Virus record (IMG/VR): IMGVR_UViG_3300034050_000451
Location: 1-64,000 of that record
DNA: 64,000 bases
Direction: 5' to 3' (one strand)
Under the pieces are notes generated by a model that saw nothing but the letters and a program-made list of their open reading frames with translations, was not told where the DNA came from and did no database searches. Shown here piece by piece: positions 8,174-17,121 of the stretch (positions are counted from its first letter, which is position 1; each line of letters begins with the position of its first letter). Made by a program: the position numbers and the translations under genes.

Positions 8174-8995
8174 TTACTTTAATAAGTTATAGTATTCTTT
8201 GAAGTGTTTGATTCTATCAGCTAATCCAATAGTACCACCATTTACTCTTTTAGTTACCGATGTTACAGTAGCATCATCAAAACCTTTATCACAAATAGAC
8301 CAAAGTTTATTTGAATCAAAGAAAAATGCAGCAGAAGCTAATGGATATTTAGTTGCTACCAAATCAGGATTTGCAACAGTATCTTCACCAATGAATTTAG
8401 CGAAGTTAGTATAGTTAGATTTACCAGTTAATTGAATATAACCACGTCCACGAAATTTAAATCCGTCTTTAGATGCTTCATCACCATTACCCATTCTTGA
8501 TGCGTAAACTTTAGATGCAATCTTTTCAGGGTTTCTAGCATATGCAGCTGCAGTTGTTGAATTAAAGTATTTTCCGAAGATTTTTACTAATCCATCTGCT
8601 GAATAGTTAACATTCTCAGTAACGGCTTTGAATCCACCACTTTCGTGTCCACATTGTGCTAAGAAATGAGCTAATCTTAGAGGAGTTGTAATATTGAATT
8701 TAGAAGCAGTGTCTGGAATTTGAGCAATTACAGAATCAGGAACGTGTCCTTTAAGAGCTGCCAATTTAAATGAAGATGCTGGTACAGCAACAGAAGGAGT
8801 TGGAGTACTTGCACCCAATCCCATCTTTTCCCAAGTAGCATCACCAACGATACCATCAGCAGTTAATCCATTTTTTGTTTGCCAAGCTTTTACAGCTGAT
8901 TCAGTACCAGCACCAAAAACTCCATCAGCGGTTAAACCTAATTTTGCTTGTAATTTTTTTACATTTTCGTTATTATCACCTTTTTTAACTAACAT
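8174..8995 (-). CDS. endolysin: N-terminal peptidoglycan-binding domain plus glycoside hydrolase family 19
   Basis: VKAWQTKNGLTADGIVGDATW (PG_binding_1); RLAHFLAQCGHESGGF, FRGRGYIQLTGKSNY and TKRVNGG (GH19). Confidence 0.9.
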   Translation of the reverse strand: MLVKKGDNNENVKKLQAKLGLTADGVFGAGTESAVKAWQTKNGLTADGIVGDATWEKMGLGASTPTPSVAVPASSFKLAALKGHVPDSVIAQIPDTASKFNITTPLRLAHFLAQCGHESGGFKAVTENVNYSADGLVKIFGKYFNSTTAAAYARNPEKIASKVYASRMGNGDEASKDGFKFRGRGYIQLTGKSNYTNFAKFIGEDTVANPDLVATKYPLASAAFFFDSNKLWSICDKGFDDATVTSVTKRVNGGTIGLADRIKHFKEYYNLLK

Positions 8996-9017
8996 AGTAT
9001 ATTATTTTATTTAATTG

Positions 9018-9413
9018 TTATTTTTTAAAATGACCGGAATCTATAATTTTAAAGTCATTTCCATTTCTATCTATCATTTGGTAGTGAGCTTCTATCAACC
9101 CAAACCATTCATCTATATGATTTAATACTTGAGTTGCAGTAAAATCTGAACAACTATATAAATCAAATTGGAACATTGGTGGATTATCATTATCCCAAAC
9201 GTGAATACTAGCATGCGATGTTGCTAATGTTACTGTTCCCGTTATTCCTTCGTTGCCCGGTTCGTTAACATAAACCGATGTAGGACCGGCAACTACTTTC
9301 ATTCCTACTTTATTAACTAATTCACTAAACCAAACGTTTAGTATTTTTTCCGTTTGAGGTGGAGTTTTAATGCTTCCCTTTACAAGTAAATGTAAATGAT
9401 TTGGTATAAACAT
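9018..9413 (-). CDS. speD: S-adenosylmethionine decarboxylase proenzyme family (pyruvoyl-dependent)
   Basis: HLHLLVKG; GITGTVTLATSHASIHVW..FQFDLYSCSDF. The self-cleavage site reads T-SH rather than E-SH. Confidence 0.85.
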   Translation of the reverse strand: MFIPNHLHLLVKGSIKTPPQTEKILNVWFSELVNKVGMKVVAGPTSVYVNEPGNEGITGTVTLATSHASIHVWDNDNPPMFQFDLYSCSDFTATQVLNHIDEWFGLIEAHYQMIDRNGNDFKIIDSGHFKK

Positions 9414-9439
9414 TTTAGATATTCCTTATTGTTTTTTTG

Positions 9440-9835
9440 TTATTTAAATTCTATAACCTCAAATACTCTAGTTTGTATTCGTTTTGTACCATCTGTATTG
9501 GTAAGTATTATTGAGTTCTTAAATTTGGCCCAATCCAACATAAATTTGTTATCCAATACTCCATTATTTTCTTCTTTCACCAATTGGTTTAAAGCATTAA
9601 TTGTGTATAAGGTATTTGATTCTTTTTTTCTATGAATAAGAATTGTATCCTCTAATGGATATGTTGGTTTATATTCGGTATTGATATTGTACGTTATGTA
9701 CAATTCGGATAAATCAGTTTTGTTCTGTAAAATATAAATATAATTATAGACAATAACGTATGTCTCTCTTATATTTTGTAGAGTTTGTTGTAATCCATCT
9801 TTCGTTGTAAATGTACACAATAATTGTGTTTTCAT
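9440..9835 (-). CDS. hypothetical protein
   Basis: Clean 131-aa ORF with its own late motif at 9873-9881; no recognisable domain. Confidence 0.7.
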   Translation of the reverse strand: MKTQLLCTFTTKDGLQQTLQNIRETYVIVYNYIYILQNKTDLSELYITYNINTEYKPTYPLEDTILIHRKKESNTLYTINALNQLVKEENNGVLDNKFMLDWAKFKNSIILTNTDGTKRIQTRVFEVIEFK

Positions 9836-9904
9836 ATATTAGTTTTTATTATAAAGGGGGTTATTAATCCCATATAAATATAAAATTAAATTTCAAAGGT
9901 TATT

Positions 9905-11914
9905 TTATGATTTGTAAACTTCATCATTTGCTGTTTTCAATACTTTAGCAAATCGTTTATCCAATGTCATTTCAAATTTAATCTGTCCACCATACCCAAC
10001 ACCATCTTCTCTAACTTTAATTTCAGCCAATGGAATTATCTTTCCACCCACTTCAGCTTGATATCCTAAAAATGGAGGAGGACCTGTTTCAGCACTCAAC
10101 TTTTCTTTTATCATATCGTAATCAGATGTTCCAAATATGTTTTTCATAATAGCTTTATCTAATGAATTTGAACCAATTGCCATAGATTCTTCACCATCAG
10201 AAACAGCTTTGAGTGGAAATTCAGAACGAATCTCATTTAACATACCTTCTTTCATTTTTGGATTTTCCGTAATTGCCTTTATTGCATTTGATTGGAATTC
10301 TTTATGGATTTTATCATTTTCCATAATATATTGTTTAGCTATATCATTTCCACCATCTGCTAATGTTTTAATACTTGCTAATATCACTTTAGATTTAGCT
10401 CTACTTCCTTTACCTTTAATAAGGTCATTTAATGCATCTGCAAATGTAGTTCCCTTTTCATCAAATATAGTTTTTAACTTTACAGACTCATCTGAACCAC
10501 TAGCTAATAATTTTTCAATTTCTGATTTTAGGTTTGTACCAGTTTCACTTAATCTAGCTCTTTGATTTTCTTTATAAACATTTTGGTTTATGTTATCTGG
10601 TAAATCAGAATCCCATTCCATAAATTTACCAGCACCAGAATTTAAAAAGTTTACTTCAGTTGATTTTTTCAAAGAAACCTCATCTAATATCTCATCACCA
10701 TTTTCAGTTTTTATCTTAATATACATATCAGTTGAGAATCCTTTGTTTTTACCATAATCTGATAATCCCAATGATTCAACATCATCTTTAGTATCCCAAG
10801 CAGTTGCAACTATTTTTGAGTTTGGGTATTCTTTTGTAATTCTATTTAAAATAGCCTGTCTATTATTTCTAGCGGATTGAATCCAACTCTTTGTTATAAT
10901 ACGACTTCCTTCAGTTTTTAATTTTGGATTGTTTTTTATTAACTCAGCCTCATGCGTTGATAATGAATCAGTAAATTCATTAAATTCATCAGCATTCATA
11001 GATGTACCCATCATCGTCATTAACTCACCGGCCTGTGCAGATATTTGGCCTTGTCCTCCAGGTAAATCACTATAATGTGTCCATTTTGTACCATCTCCAG
11101 TTGGTTTTGTATTCATCATTCTTTCCAATGCAGTTAAATACTTTTTAGGAAATTTAGGATTTTCAATTAATGATGCTGGTAACTTATATGGTTGAGGTGG
11201 AATCGGATTTGCTATTTTTTTATTTTTAATATCAAATTCCTCATCGCTTGGTTGAATACTTTTATTAAACTCCTCACTTTCAATTGAATTTATTTTAGTA
11301 AGTGTTTTATCTTTACCAGCTATTTCTCTCTTAGGAGATGCCATTTCTTTTTCAGCAGTATCCTTAGTTGGTTGATACGCAGGGTCATTAGGTGATAACC
11401 CAGCTCTATATGAATCACCACCCTGTCCAGCAAATACAGCAGGTTGTGGTGGTTCCGCTTCAGCAGGTGCTTCGCCAGCCTTTCCAGCTTCAACATCAGC
11501 TTTATCTTCCTTTTCTTTTTCTATATTTCTATTAGGTTGTCCTTCACCACCTAATTCATTATTTATTTTTTCTCTTTCAGGTGTTCCATCAGCAGGTAAT
11601 GCTCTTTCAGCCGCTTCTCTACCAGGTTGGTCTTTAGCTAATCTAAGTAATGAACCAACTAAACCTTCTTTATCCTTACCATCTCTATCTTTGTATTTAA
11701 CGGTCTTATTAAGTGCGGGTGATGAATAGTGTTTCTCTTCACTAGCTTCAGTAAGATTTTGAATAAGTTCATTTTTTATATGAGTATATCCCCACTCATC
11801 TAATATCTCAGATATAAGATAAATGTGTGATTGTTTACTCAATATAGGATAACCTTCATCGGAACGATAGGCTAACTCATGCAATAAGTCTAAAAGGAAG
11901 TCGTTTTTCTCCAT
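9905..11914 (-). CDS. large late protein with possible PD-(D/E)xK nuclease-like C-terminal domain
   Basis: Start probably MEKNDF at 11914, since the track start overlaps the polymerase gene and a late motif sits at 11944-11952. Acidic Pro/Ala linker; AQAGELM...STDMYI...DEVSLKK. Confidence 0.5.
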   Translation of the reverse strand: MEKNDFLLDLLHELAYRSDEGYPILSKQSHIYLISEILDEWGYTHIKNELIQNLTEASEEKHYSSPALNKTVKYKDRDGKDKEGLVGSLLRLAKDQPGREAAERALPADGTPEREKINNELGGEGQPNRNIEKEKEDKADVEAGKAGEAPAEAEPPQPAVFAGQGGDSYRAGLSPNDPAYQPTKDTAEKEMASPKREIAGKDKTLTKINSIESEEFNKSIQPSDEEFDIKNKKIANPIPPQPYKLPASLIENPKFPKKYLTALERMMNTKPTGDGTKWTHYSDLPGGQGQISAQAGELMTMMGTSMNADEFNEFTDSLSTHEAELIKNNPKLKTEGSRIITKSWIQSARNNRQAILNRITKEYPNSKIVATAWDTKDDVESLGLSDYGKNKGFSTDMYIKIKTENGDEILDEVSLKKSTEVNFLNSGAGKFMEWDSDLPDNINQNVYKENQRARLSETGTNLKSEIEKLLASGSDESVKLKTIFDEKGTTFADALNDLIKGKGSRAKSKVILASIKTLADGGNDIAKQYIMENDKIHKEFQSNAIKAITENPKMKEGMLNEIRSEFPLKAVSDGEESMAIGSNSLDKAIMKNIFGTSDYDMIKEKLSAETGPPPFLGYQAEVGGKIIPLAEIKVREDGVGYGGQIKFEMTLDKRFAKVLKTANDEVYKS

Positions 11915-11951
11915 AATTTCTGATTCTCTGAAACAATATTTTATATAAATA

Positions 11952-13217
11952 TTAAAGTTTCGAGTAATCAGTTCCCCAGCTAGCATTAATGGGGAATCCA
12001 CCACCTTCAGCTATCTCTTTTAACTTTTTAGCTTGAGATACATCGGAATTAGCAGGATATGAAAATAAGAATGAATCGTATGTGTATAGGGAAAGTTCTA
12101 TATCGGTATCTTTGATAAATTCCAATATTTTAGCTACCCTTTCCATATTTAATTCGGTTTCGGTCGCTTGAAGTAGGTAGTTGAACAATTTTTGCGGATT
12201 GTTTCCTTCAATCCAATCTAAGGGGATTCTCCTATGTTGTGTTTGAAGATATCCAGCTTTGGTACTCTTATCCCACAACTTCTCAATGAACTCCTTAACA
12301 CCCTTATAATAAGGTATTTGCTCAAACTCCTCAGGTATACCACCATATAGTAATTGGAACGTAATTCCTTTACCCTCACCATACTCACAACCATATTGGT
12401 CAGCTAACCATTGGTGTACGGATGTTTTGGGTAATTCGTAACCAATCAACTTACCAATAATACGTGGATGATACGCATCATAATCCATTTGTAGGAATAT
12501 GTGGTTTGGTTTTGGGATAAACACCTCTCTCGTACCATCGGATTTGTTTAGGGCAGAGAAGTTGATTCCACCAAATCGGTTGGATGGACGGGATGTAATG
12601 GTGTATGGGTTGTATTGGGTGTAAACGATATCGTTGTGTAAATGTTTAGAAGCTTGAGGCCATCTATCAAGAAATTTTTCCCTATCGACCCGAACACCAA
12701 AATGTTCTATATCTGAAAGAAGGGGAATCATCGAATCTCCAACCCAATCATTCTCTATACCAATAGTAAAAGTAGAAGATATCACTCTAAGATACTCACC
12801 CCATTTCATAATAGGTGCTATCTTGCCCAAATTATCTCGTATACCTCTTCGGGTATAGTGAGTTATAAATGGTTGGTCCTCAAAACCTATCGGATATAAT
12901 TTATTGTGTTGAAAAAATGCATCAGATTGTAAATCATTTAGGTTTTGTAAACCCAAATTACATTGAAGTAATCCCTTTTTGTTGATTACCCATTTTGCTT
13001 CCTTAGAAGTAGTCAAATCAATCGTAGGAGTCTTACAATCAATATGGTTAAATGGTACAATAAAGTCCTTATCATCAAATCTAACATATAGAAATGATAA
13101 TTTGTTATGTATAGGATGCTTTTCCAAATCAGACCATATTGGAATGATTATGGATGTCTTAGTATTCCATAAATTTAAAAACTCCGTTACTTCAGTTTGT
13201 GACTCTACTATAACCAT
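11952..13217 (-). CDS. compact, divergent family A DNA polymerase-like protein
   Basis: TITSRPSNRFGGINF; motif A QMDYDAYHPRII; motif B KGITFQLLYG; motif C LYTYDSFLF; C-terminal FPINASWGTDY. Confidence 0.8.
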   Translation of the reverse strand: MVIVESQTEVTEFLNLWNTKTSIIIPIWSDLEKHPIHNKLSFLYVRFDDKDFIVPFNHIDCKTPTIDLTTSKEAKWVINKKGLLQCNLGLQNLNDLQSDAFFQHNKLYPIGFEDQPFITHYTRRGIRDNLGKIAPIMKWGEYLRVISSTFTIGIENDWVGDSMIPLLSDIEHFGVRVDREKFLDRWPQASKHLHNDIVYTQYNPYTITSRPSNRFGGINFSALNKSDGTREVFIPKPNHIFLQMDYDAYHPRIIGKLIGYELPKTSVHQWLADQYGCEYGEGKGITFQLLYGGIPEEFEQIPYYKGVKEFIEKLWDKSTKAGYLQTQHRRIPLDWIEGNNPQKLFNYLLQATETELNMERVAKILEFIKDTDIELSLYTYDSFLFSYPANSDVSQAKKLKEIAEGGGFPINASWGTDYSKL

Positions 13218-13221
13218 CCTA

Positions 13222-13253
13222 CAAATATACGAAAATTATTTGAATTTACCAAA
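13222..13253 (-). promoter_or_regulatory. Bacteroidota-type promoter for the polymerase-like gene
   Basis: TTTG-GTAAATTCAAATAATTTTCG-TATATTTG, 20-nt spacer. Confidence 0.75.
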
Positions 13254-14213
13254 TTTATTAGATATTTGTTTTATTTTAAAGATATAATTTGAAAAATAGT
13301 GCTGATGTGCTGATGTTATACTACCTTCATTAAAATTTCCATCTAATTTAGGTAGATATATGTTGGATTGAAATCCTTCAGTTCTTAAATAGTCAACTTT
13401 ATCTCTGATATGGAATATATCGTTCCACAAATCAGTTCCATTTACTTTTAAACCAGTATCAGTTACCCTACCTTCATTATGTACTCTAGCATAAGTCAAA
13501 ATTCGTTTTATTGAAGTGTGTGCTAATCCTAAATAATCTAAACTACCCATAACTTCCAAATCATCAACGAAATTAGAAGTTACATCAAATTTATCGATTA
13601 CTTTTAGTAAAGATGAGGTTCTCATTACATATGTGTGATAAATGCACATAATATTTGCTTTACTACAATGAATTATAGATGTAAAATGCTTTGGTTCATC
13701 ATAATAGTTAGTTGTCCAACTCCAAGGATGAGTCCAAGGGTGATTATTAGGAATTGTATATGCTGTCCATAAATCTCTTGTCTTTGGGGCCTCTAATGGA
13801 GTTTGAGTTTGATTTATTTGTTGTAATGTAGTATTCTCAAAGAATACAGCTGAACCATATGAGAAATCTAACTCAGTATGTTGTGTATATGTGTTTGATA
13901 AGTACTCTAATGTATCTTCTGCCAATAAATCATCATCATCCAATCGTACAATCAATTCACCATTAGCAAGTTTTACTCCAATTTTCCAAGAATTCTTAAA
14001 TAAATCGTATGGAGTATTTGATGTGTGGTATAAAACATCATTTTTAGGATTTTGTGATTTAAAATCTTTATAAATGTTAAAATTAACATCAGATGCTGAA
14101 TCATCAAAAATAATAACCTCCCAATTCGTATGAGATTGAAGTTGGACAGATGCCAATGCTTCTTTTAATAAATCAGGTCGGTTGTATGTACGAACTATAA
14201 CACTTATTTTCAC
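13236..14213 (-). CDS. family 2 (GT-A) glycosyltransferase
   Basis: KISVIVRTYNRPDLLKEALASV..WEVIIFDDSASD..GELIVRLDDDD; GTG start. Confidence 0.9.
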   Translation of the reverse strand: MKISVIVRTYNRPDLLKEALASVQLQSHTNWEVIIFDDSASDVNFNIYKDFKSQNPKNDVLYHTSNTPYDLFKNSWKIGVKLANGELIVRLDDDDLLAEDTLEYLSNTYTQHTELDFSYGSAVFFENTTLQQINQTQTPLEAPKTRDLWTAYTIPNNHPWTHPWSWTTNYYDEPKHFTSIIHCSKANIMCIYHTYVMRTSSLLKVIDKFDVTSNFVDDLEVMGSLDYLGLAHTSIKRILTYARVHNEGRVTDTGLKVNGTDLWNDIFHIRDKVDYLRTEGFQSNIYLPKLDGNFNEGSITSAHQHYFSNYIFKIKQISNKFGKFK

Positions 14214-14232
14214 TATTGCACAATTTTATATA

Positions 14233-14264
14233 CAAATATATGAAATTATTTTGAATTATCCAAA
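14233..14264 (-). promoter_or_regulatory. Bacteroidota-type promoter for the glycosyltransferase
   Basis: TTTG-GATAATTCAAAATAATTTCA-TATATTTG, 20-nt spacer. Confidence 0.75.
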
Positions 14265-14617
14265 TTATATTTAATAAATTGTATAAGATTTGGTAAATAT
14301 AGTGCTATCTTTGGTAATTTAAGTGATGTTAATTTAAGTGATGATGAATTTGAAGCTTTAATCTCTTCTTTAGTTCCTGTTAATCTCCAATCTAATGAAG
14401 CAACAGTATAAAAACTATTAGAAGCGTATTTCATCATAGCACTTTGTTTAACTTCATATATAGGTGAATCAAAATCATTTGCCTTTTGTAAAAAGTATCT
14501 GGTTATATACCCTTTTTTATAATCAAAATCACTTGGTTCCGGTAAATGCGTAACTACCCTTACCGGCCTATACTCTAATGGTAATTTAATTATATTTTTA
14601 TATCTATCCAAATTCAT
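14246..14617 (-). CDS. hypothetical protein at the end of the baseplate operon
   Basis: Clean ORF 3 nt after the 731-aa gene. Confidence 0.65.
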   Translation of the reverse strand: MNLDRYKNIIKLPLEYRPVRVVTHLPEPSDFDYKKGYITRYFLQKANDFDSPIYEVKQSAMMKYASNSFYTVASLDWRLTGTKEEIKASNSSSLKLTSLKLPKIALYLPNLIQFIKYNLDNSK

Positions 14618-14620
14618 ATT

Positions 14621-16816
14621 TTATCGCTTTGGTCTATATCCACCAGTAACTTCAGTTGTCCATACCATACCTTCGATTGTATGCTTTACAGATAACACTT
14701 GGAAAAATCCACTATTATATGCAGATGGAATTCCATTTACTTTAAATTTATCACCCCTCTTAATACCACTTATACCATGTATTGAAAATGAAAAATTAAT
14801 CGGCATTAATGGAGCTGTTCCCTTTTCTTCGGTATTTTTTCCAGTTTTAAATGCTGAAAATATGGATGAGTCATTAAATGCACCTAAATAACATATATCA
14901 TATAAATCCAATCCATCTAATGTACTTTGCTCAGTATGTTCAACTTTAGGATAAAATGATAATTTACCTAATATTAAATTTAAATTAGCTTCTTTAGCAT
15001 CTTCCGTATCCATTGTTGGAATTTTAGGAGGTGGGTCTTTCTTTTTCATTTTAACCTTTATCATATCCGTTTTACTACTAAATAAAGCTTTTGGTATATG
15101 TTTAGTATCCCCATTTAAACTCTGACCTAGTCTACTTCCTATAATTTGGTTCATTTTTGCTCCACTAATATCCAAATCAAGACTAGCTTCCATAAAAATA
15201 GAATCAGGACCAGTTAATTGAAATGTATATGGGGTAGATGGTGTACTATTTGTTATACAATTAGTTTCAAATACTCTTAATTCTGTAGTTGTTTCATTTA
15301 CAGCATGCTCTACTAATTGGAAATCCCACATACCATTTACAGCAGATGATATTCCATTTAAAATTTGATAAAGTGCATCTTTAATAAAAAAGTTTTTAGT
15401 ATCCATTACACCTTTTGCAAAATCAAAATTTATATACAAATCATGCAAATATCCCCACTCTTCTGGGTTTTTAGTAATAGTATCTGCACCATTTGTTTGT
15501 TTTTGATTTAATGGACCTGAGTTTGGAAATTCTACTACTCCACCAACCCTATTATCAGTAACAGTTGCAGCGCTGATTAATGCATTTATATTAGGTAATA
15601 CATCTGAAATTCCTGCTAATTTCATAGCTGGTGTACTTTTATTTGGTATAAATAATTTAGTAGAATCAATACTATACATATGTTTAAATGCAGAACATGC
15701 AGTATCTTTTGTATTTAATATAAACGAAATTATTTTAGAATCTTCACCATTTAAAGTATATCCCTCTACACCAATTGCATTAAATATTTCCATTAATGCA
15801 CTAAATCTTATAAATTTTTGCTCAGATACAATTTTAGTTCCTTTTGGAAATGAAACTTTTTCACCACCAACAAGTAGTTTACTTTCAGCAAATGTAATAC
15901 CAAATAAACTTTTACCATCAGTTGAATCATTAACCATCCCAGATACCTCTTCATCAAATCCTATAAAATTATTTACATCAGATAAAGAATCTTGCAAAGC
16001 TTTTACATGAGCTGTTTGTCTTGTACCAGGAAGTGAATTATAACACTTCATCCATCTTTGTTTACCAAGAGCAGCTTCACCAGCAGTTTCTATATCATTT
16101 TCACCATAAATAGGTTCGCTTGCTAATGTACCTTCATCACCATCCTTTTGAACACCAGTTTCAGATGTAACTAAATACGATGGTAACTCTGTATATCCCG
16201 TACATTTGCCACTAATAATCCATTTATCACCATCTATACTAATACTTCCACCAGTATTAAATCCTAAGTAGTTATCGTATTCATAACCTCCCGTTTTTCT
16301 TTGTGCATCAGTTTTTTGAAATGATTGAAATGATGATACAGTTGCCGCATTTAATCCAACCAATCCACCAACTCCAGCAGCAGTGTTCCAACCCCATTCA
16401 ATGAATATGGAATAACCCGGTTCTAAGAAATATTTAGATAATTCCTCCATTTGCGATTTACTAAAACAAGTAATTGAAAATGTTGCTTTTCTAGAAAGAT
16501 TTCCTGCACCTTCATCAATTTCTAATGAAGTTACAATAGCAGCAGGTCTTTGAGGTCCACTACTACCACCACCAACAGCAGATTTACCATCCCAACGAGT
16601 TCCAATAATACCAGATGAATTAGAGCTACCATAAATACCAGCAGCATCAAATAGTTTTACATTTGGATTTGAATACATTGTTAAACCCGGACTTGCTCCA
16701 GATGTTAATCTAACCCACGCGTTTAAACCTGATACTTTAAATGAATTACCCTTTCTACCATCTAACTTGGATGTAATTCCACTTTTTATTTGAGAGAAAT
16801 TTGGAAATGTTGACAT
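14621..16816 (-). CDS. baseplate hub / late-control-D-like protein (putative)
   Basis: Position after the LysM/wedge gene; FIEWGW, LSRKATFSITCF, and C-terminal GIKRGDKFKVNGIP..FFQVLSVKHTI..WTTEV typical of hub proteins. Confidence 0.55.
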   Translation of the reverse strand: MSTFPNFSQIKSGITSKLDGRKGNSFKVSGLNAWVRLTSGASPGLTMYSNPNVKLFDAAGIYGSSNSSGIIGTRWDGKSAVGGGSSGPQRPAAIVTSLEIDEGAGNLSRKATFSITCFSKSQMEELSKYFLEPGYSIFIEWGWNTAAGVGGLVGLNAATVSSFQSFQKTDAQRKTGGYEYDNYLGFNTGGSISIDGDKWIISGKCTGYTELPSYLVTSETGVQKDGDEGTLASEPIYGENDIETAGEAALGKQRWMKCYNSLPGTRQTAHVKALQDSLSDVNNFIGFDEEVSGMVNDSTDGKSLFGITFAESKLLVGGEKVSFPKGTKIVSEQKFIRFSALMEIFNAIGVEGYTLNGEDSKIISFILNTKDTACSAFKHMYSIDSTKLFIPNKSTPAMKLAGISDVLPNINALISAATVTDNRVGGVVEFPNSGPLNQKQTNGADTITKNPEEWGYLHDLYINFDFAKGVMDTKNFFIKDALYQILNGISSAVNGMWDFQLVEHAVNETTTELRVFETNCITNSTPSTPYTFQLTGPDSIFMEASLDLDISGAKMNQIIGSRLGQSLNGDTKHIPKALFSSKTDMIKVKMKKKDPPPKIPTMDTEDAKEANLNLILGKLSFYPKVEHTEQSTLDGLDLYDICYLGAFNDSSIFSAFKTGKNTEEKGTAPLMPINFSFSIHGISGIKRGDKFKVNGIPSAYNSGFFQVLSVKHTIEGMVWTTEVTGGYRPKR

Positions 16817-16819
16817 AAC

Positions 16820-17110
16820 TTATTGATTAAAATTGTTGCTTATCTCTATATAATTTGTAGGTATTCTTAATACAGTTCCATCTTGAATTCCAAATGGTGC
16901 ATCATGTATATTATTAGCAGATGCAATTATCCACCAAAGTGATGCATCTTCATAGTATTGATATGCTAGAGTATCAAATCTATCATCTGATTCAGTAACT
17001 ACATAGATATCAGTATCACTTAATGGAATATCAGGGTATATCTTTGAACGATATACTCGTCTACCATCATTAGTATTTCTGATTTCTGTATTTTCGTATC
17101 TACTTGCCAT
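16820..17110 (-). CDS. LysM-like baseplate wedge protein (T4 gp53 / P2 gpX-like)
   Basis: DRFDTLAYQYYEDASLWWIIASANNI..GTVLRIP. Confidence 0.8.
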   Translation of the reverse strand: MASRYENTEIRNTNDGRRVYRSKIYPDIPLSDTDIYVVTESDDRFDTLAYQYYEDASLWWIIASANNIHDAPFGIQDGTVLRIPTNYIEISNNFNQ

Positions 17111-17121
17111 ATACTTTTATT

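Noticed and set aside
11915-12004. Upstream ATG extensions in the ORF track (also 2576-2596, 3027-3050, 4246-4290)
   Set aside because: They overlap the preceding gene; downstream starts give clean signal peptides or follow the late motif.
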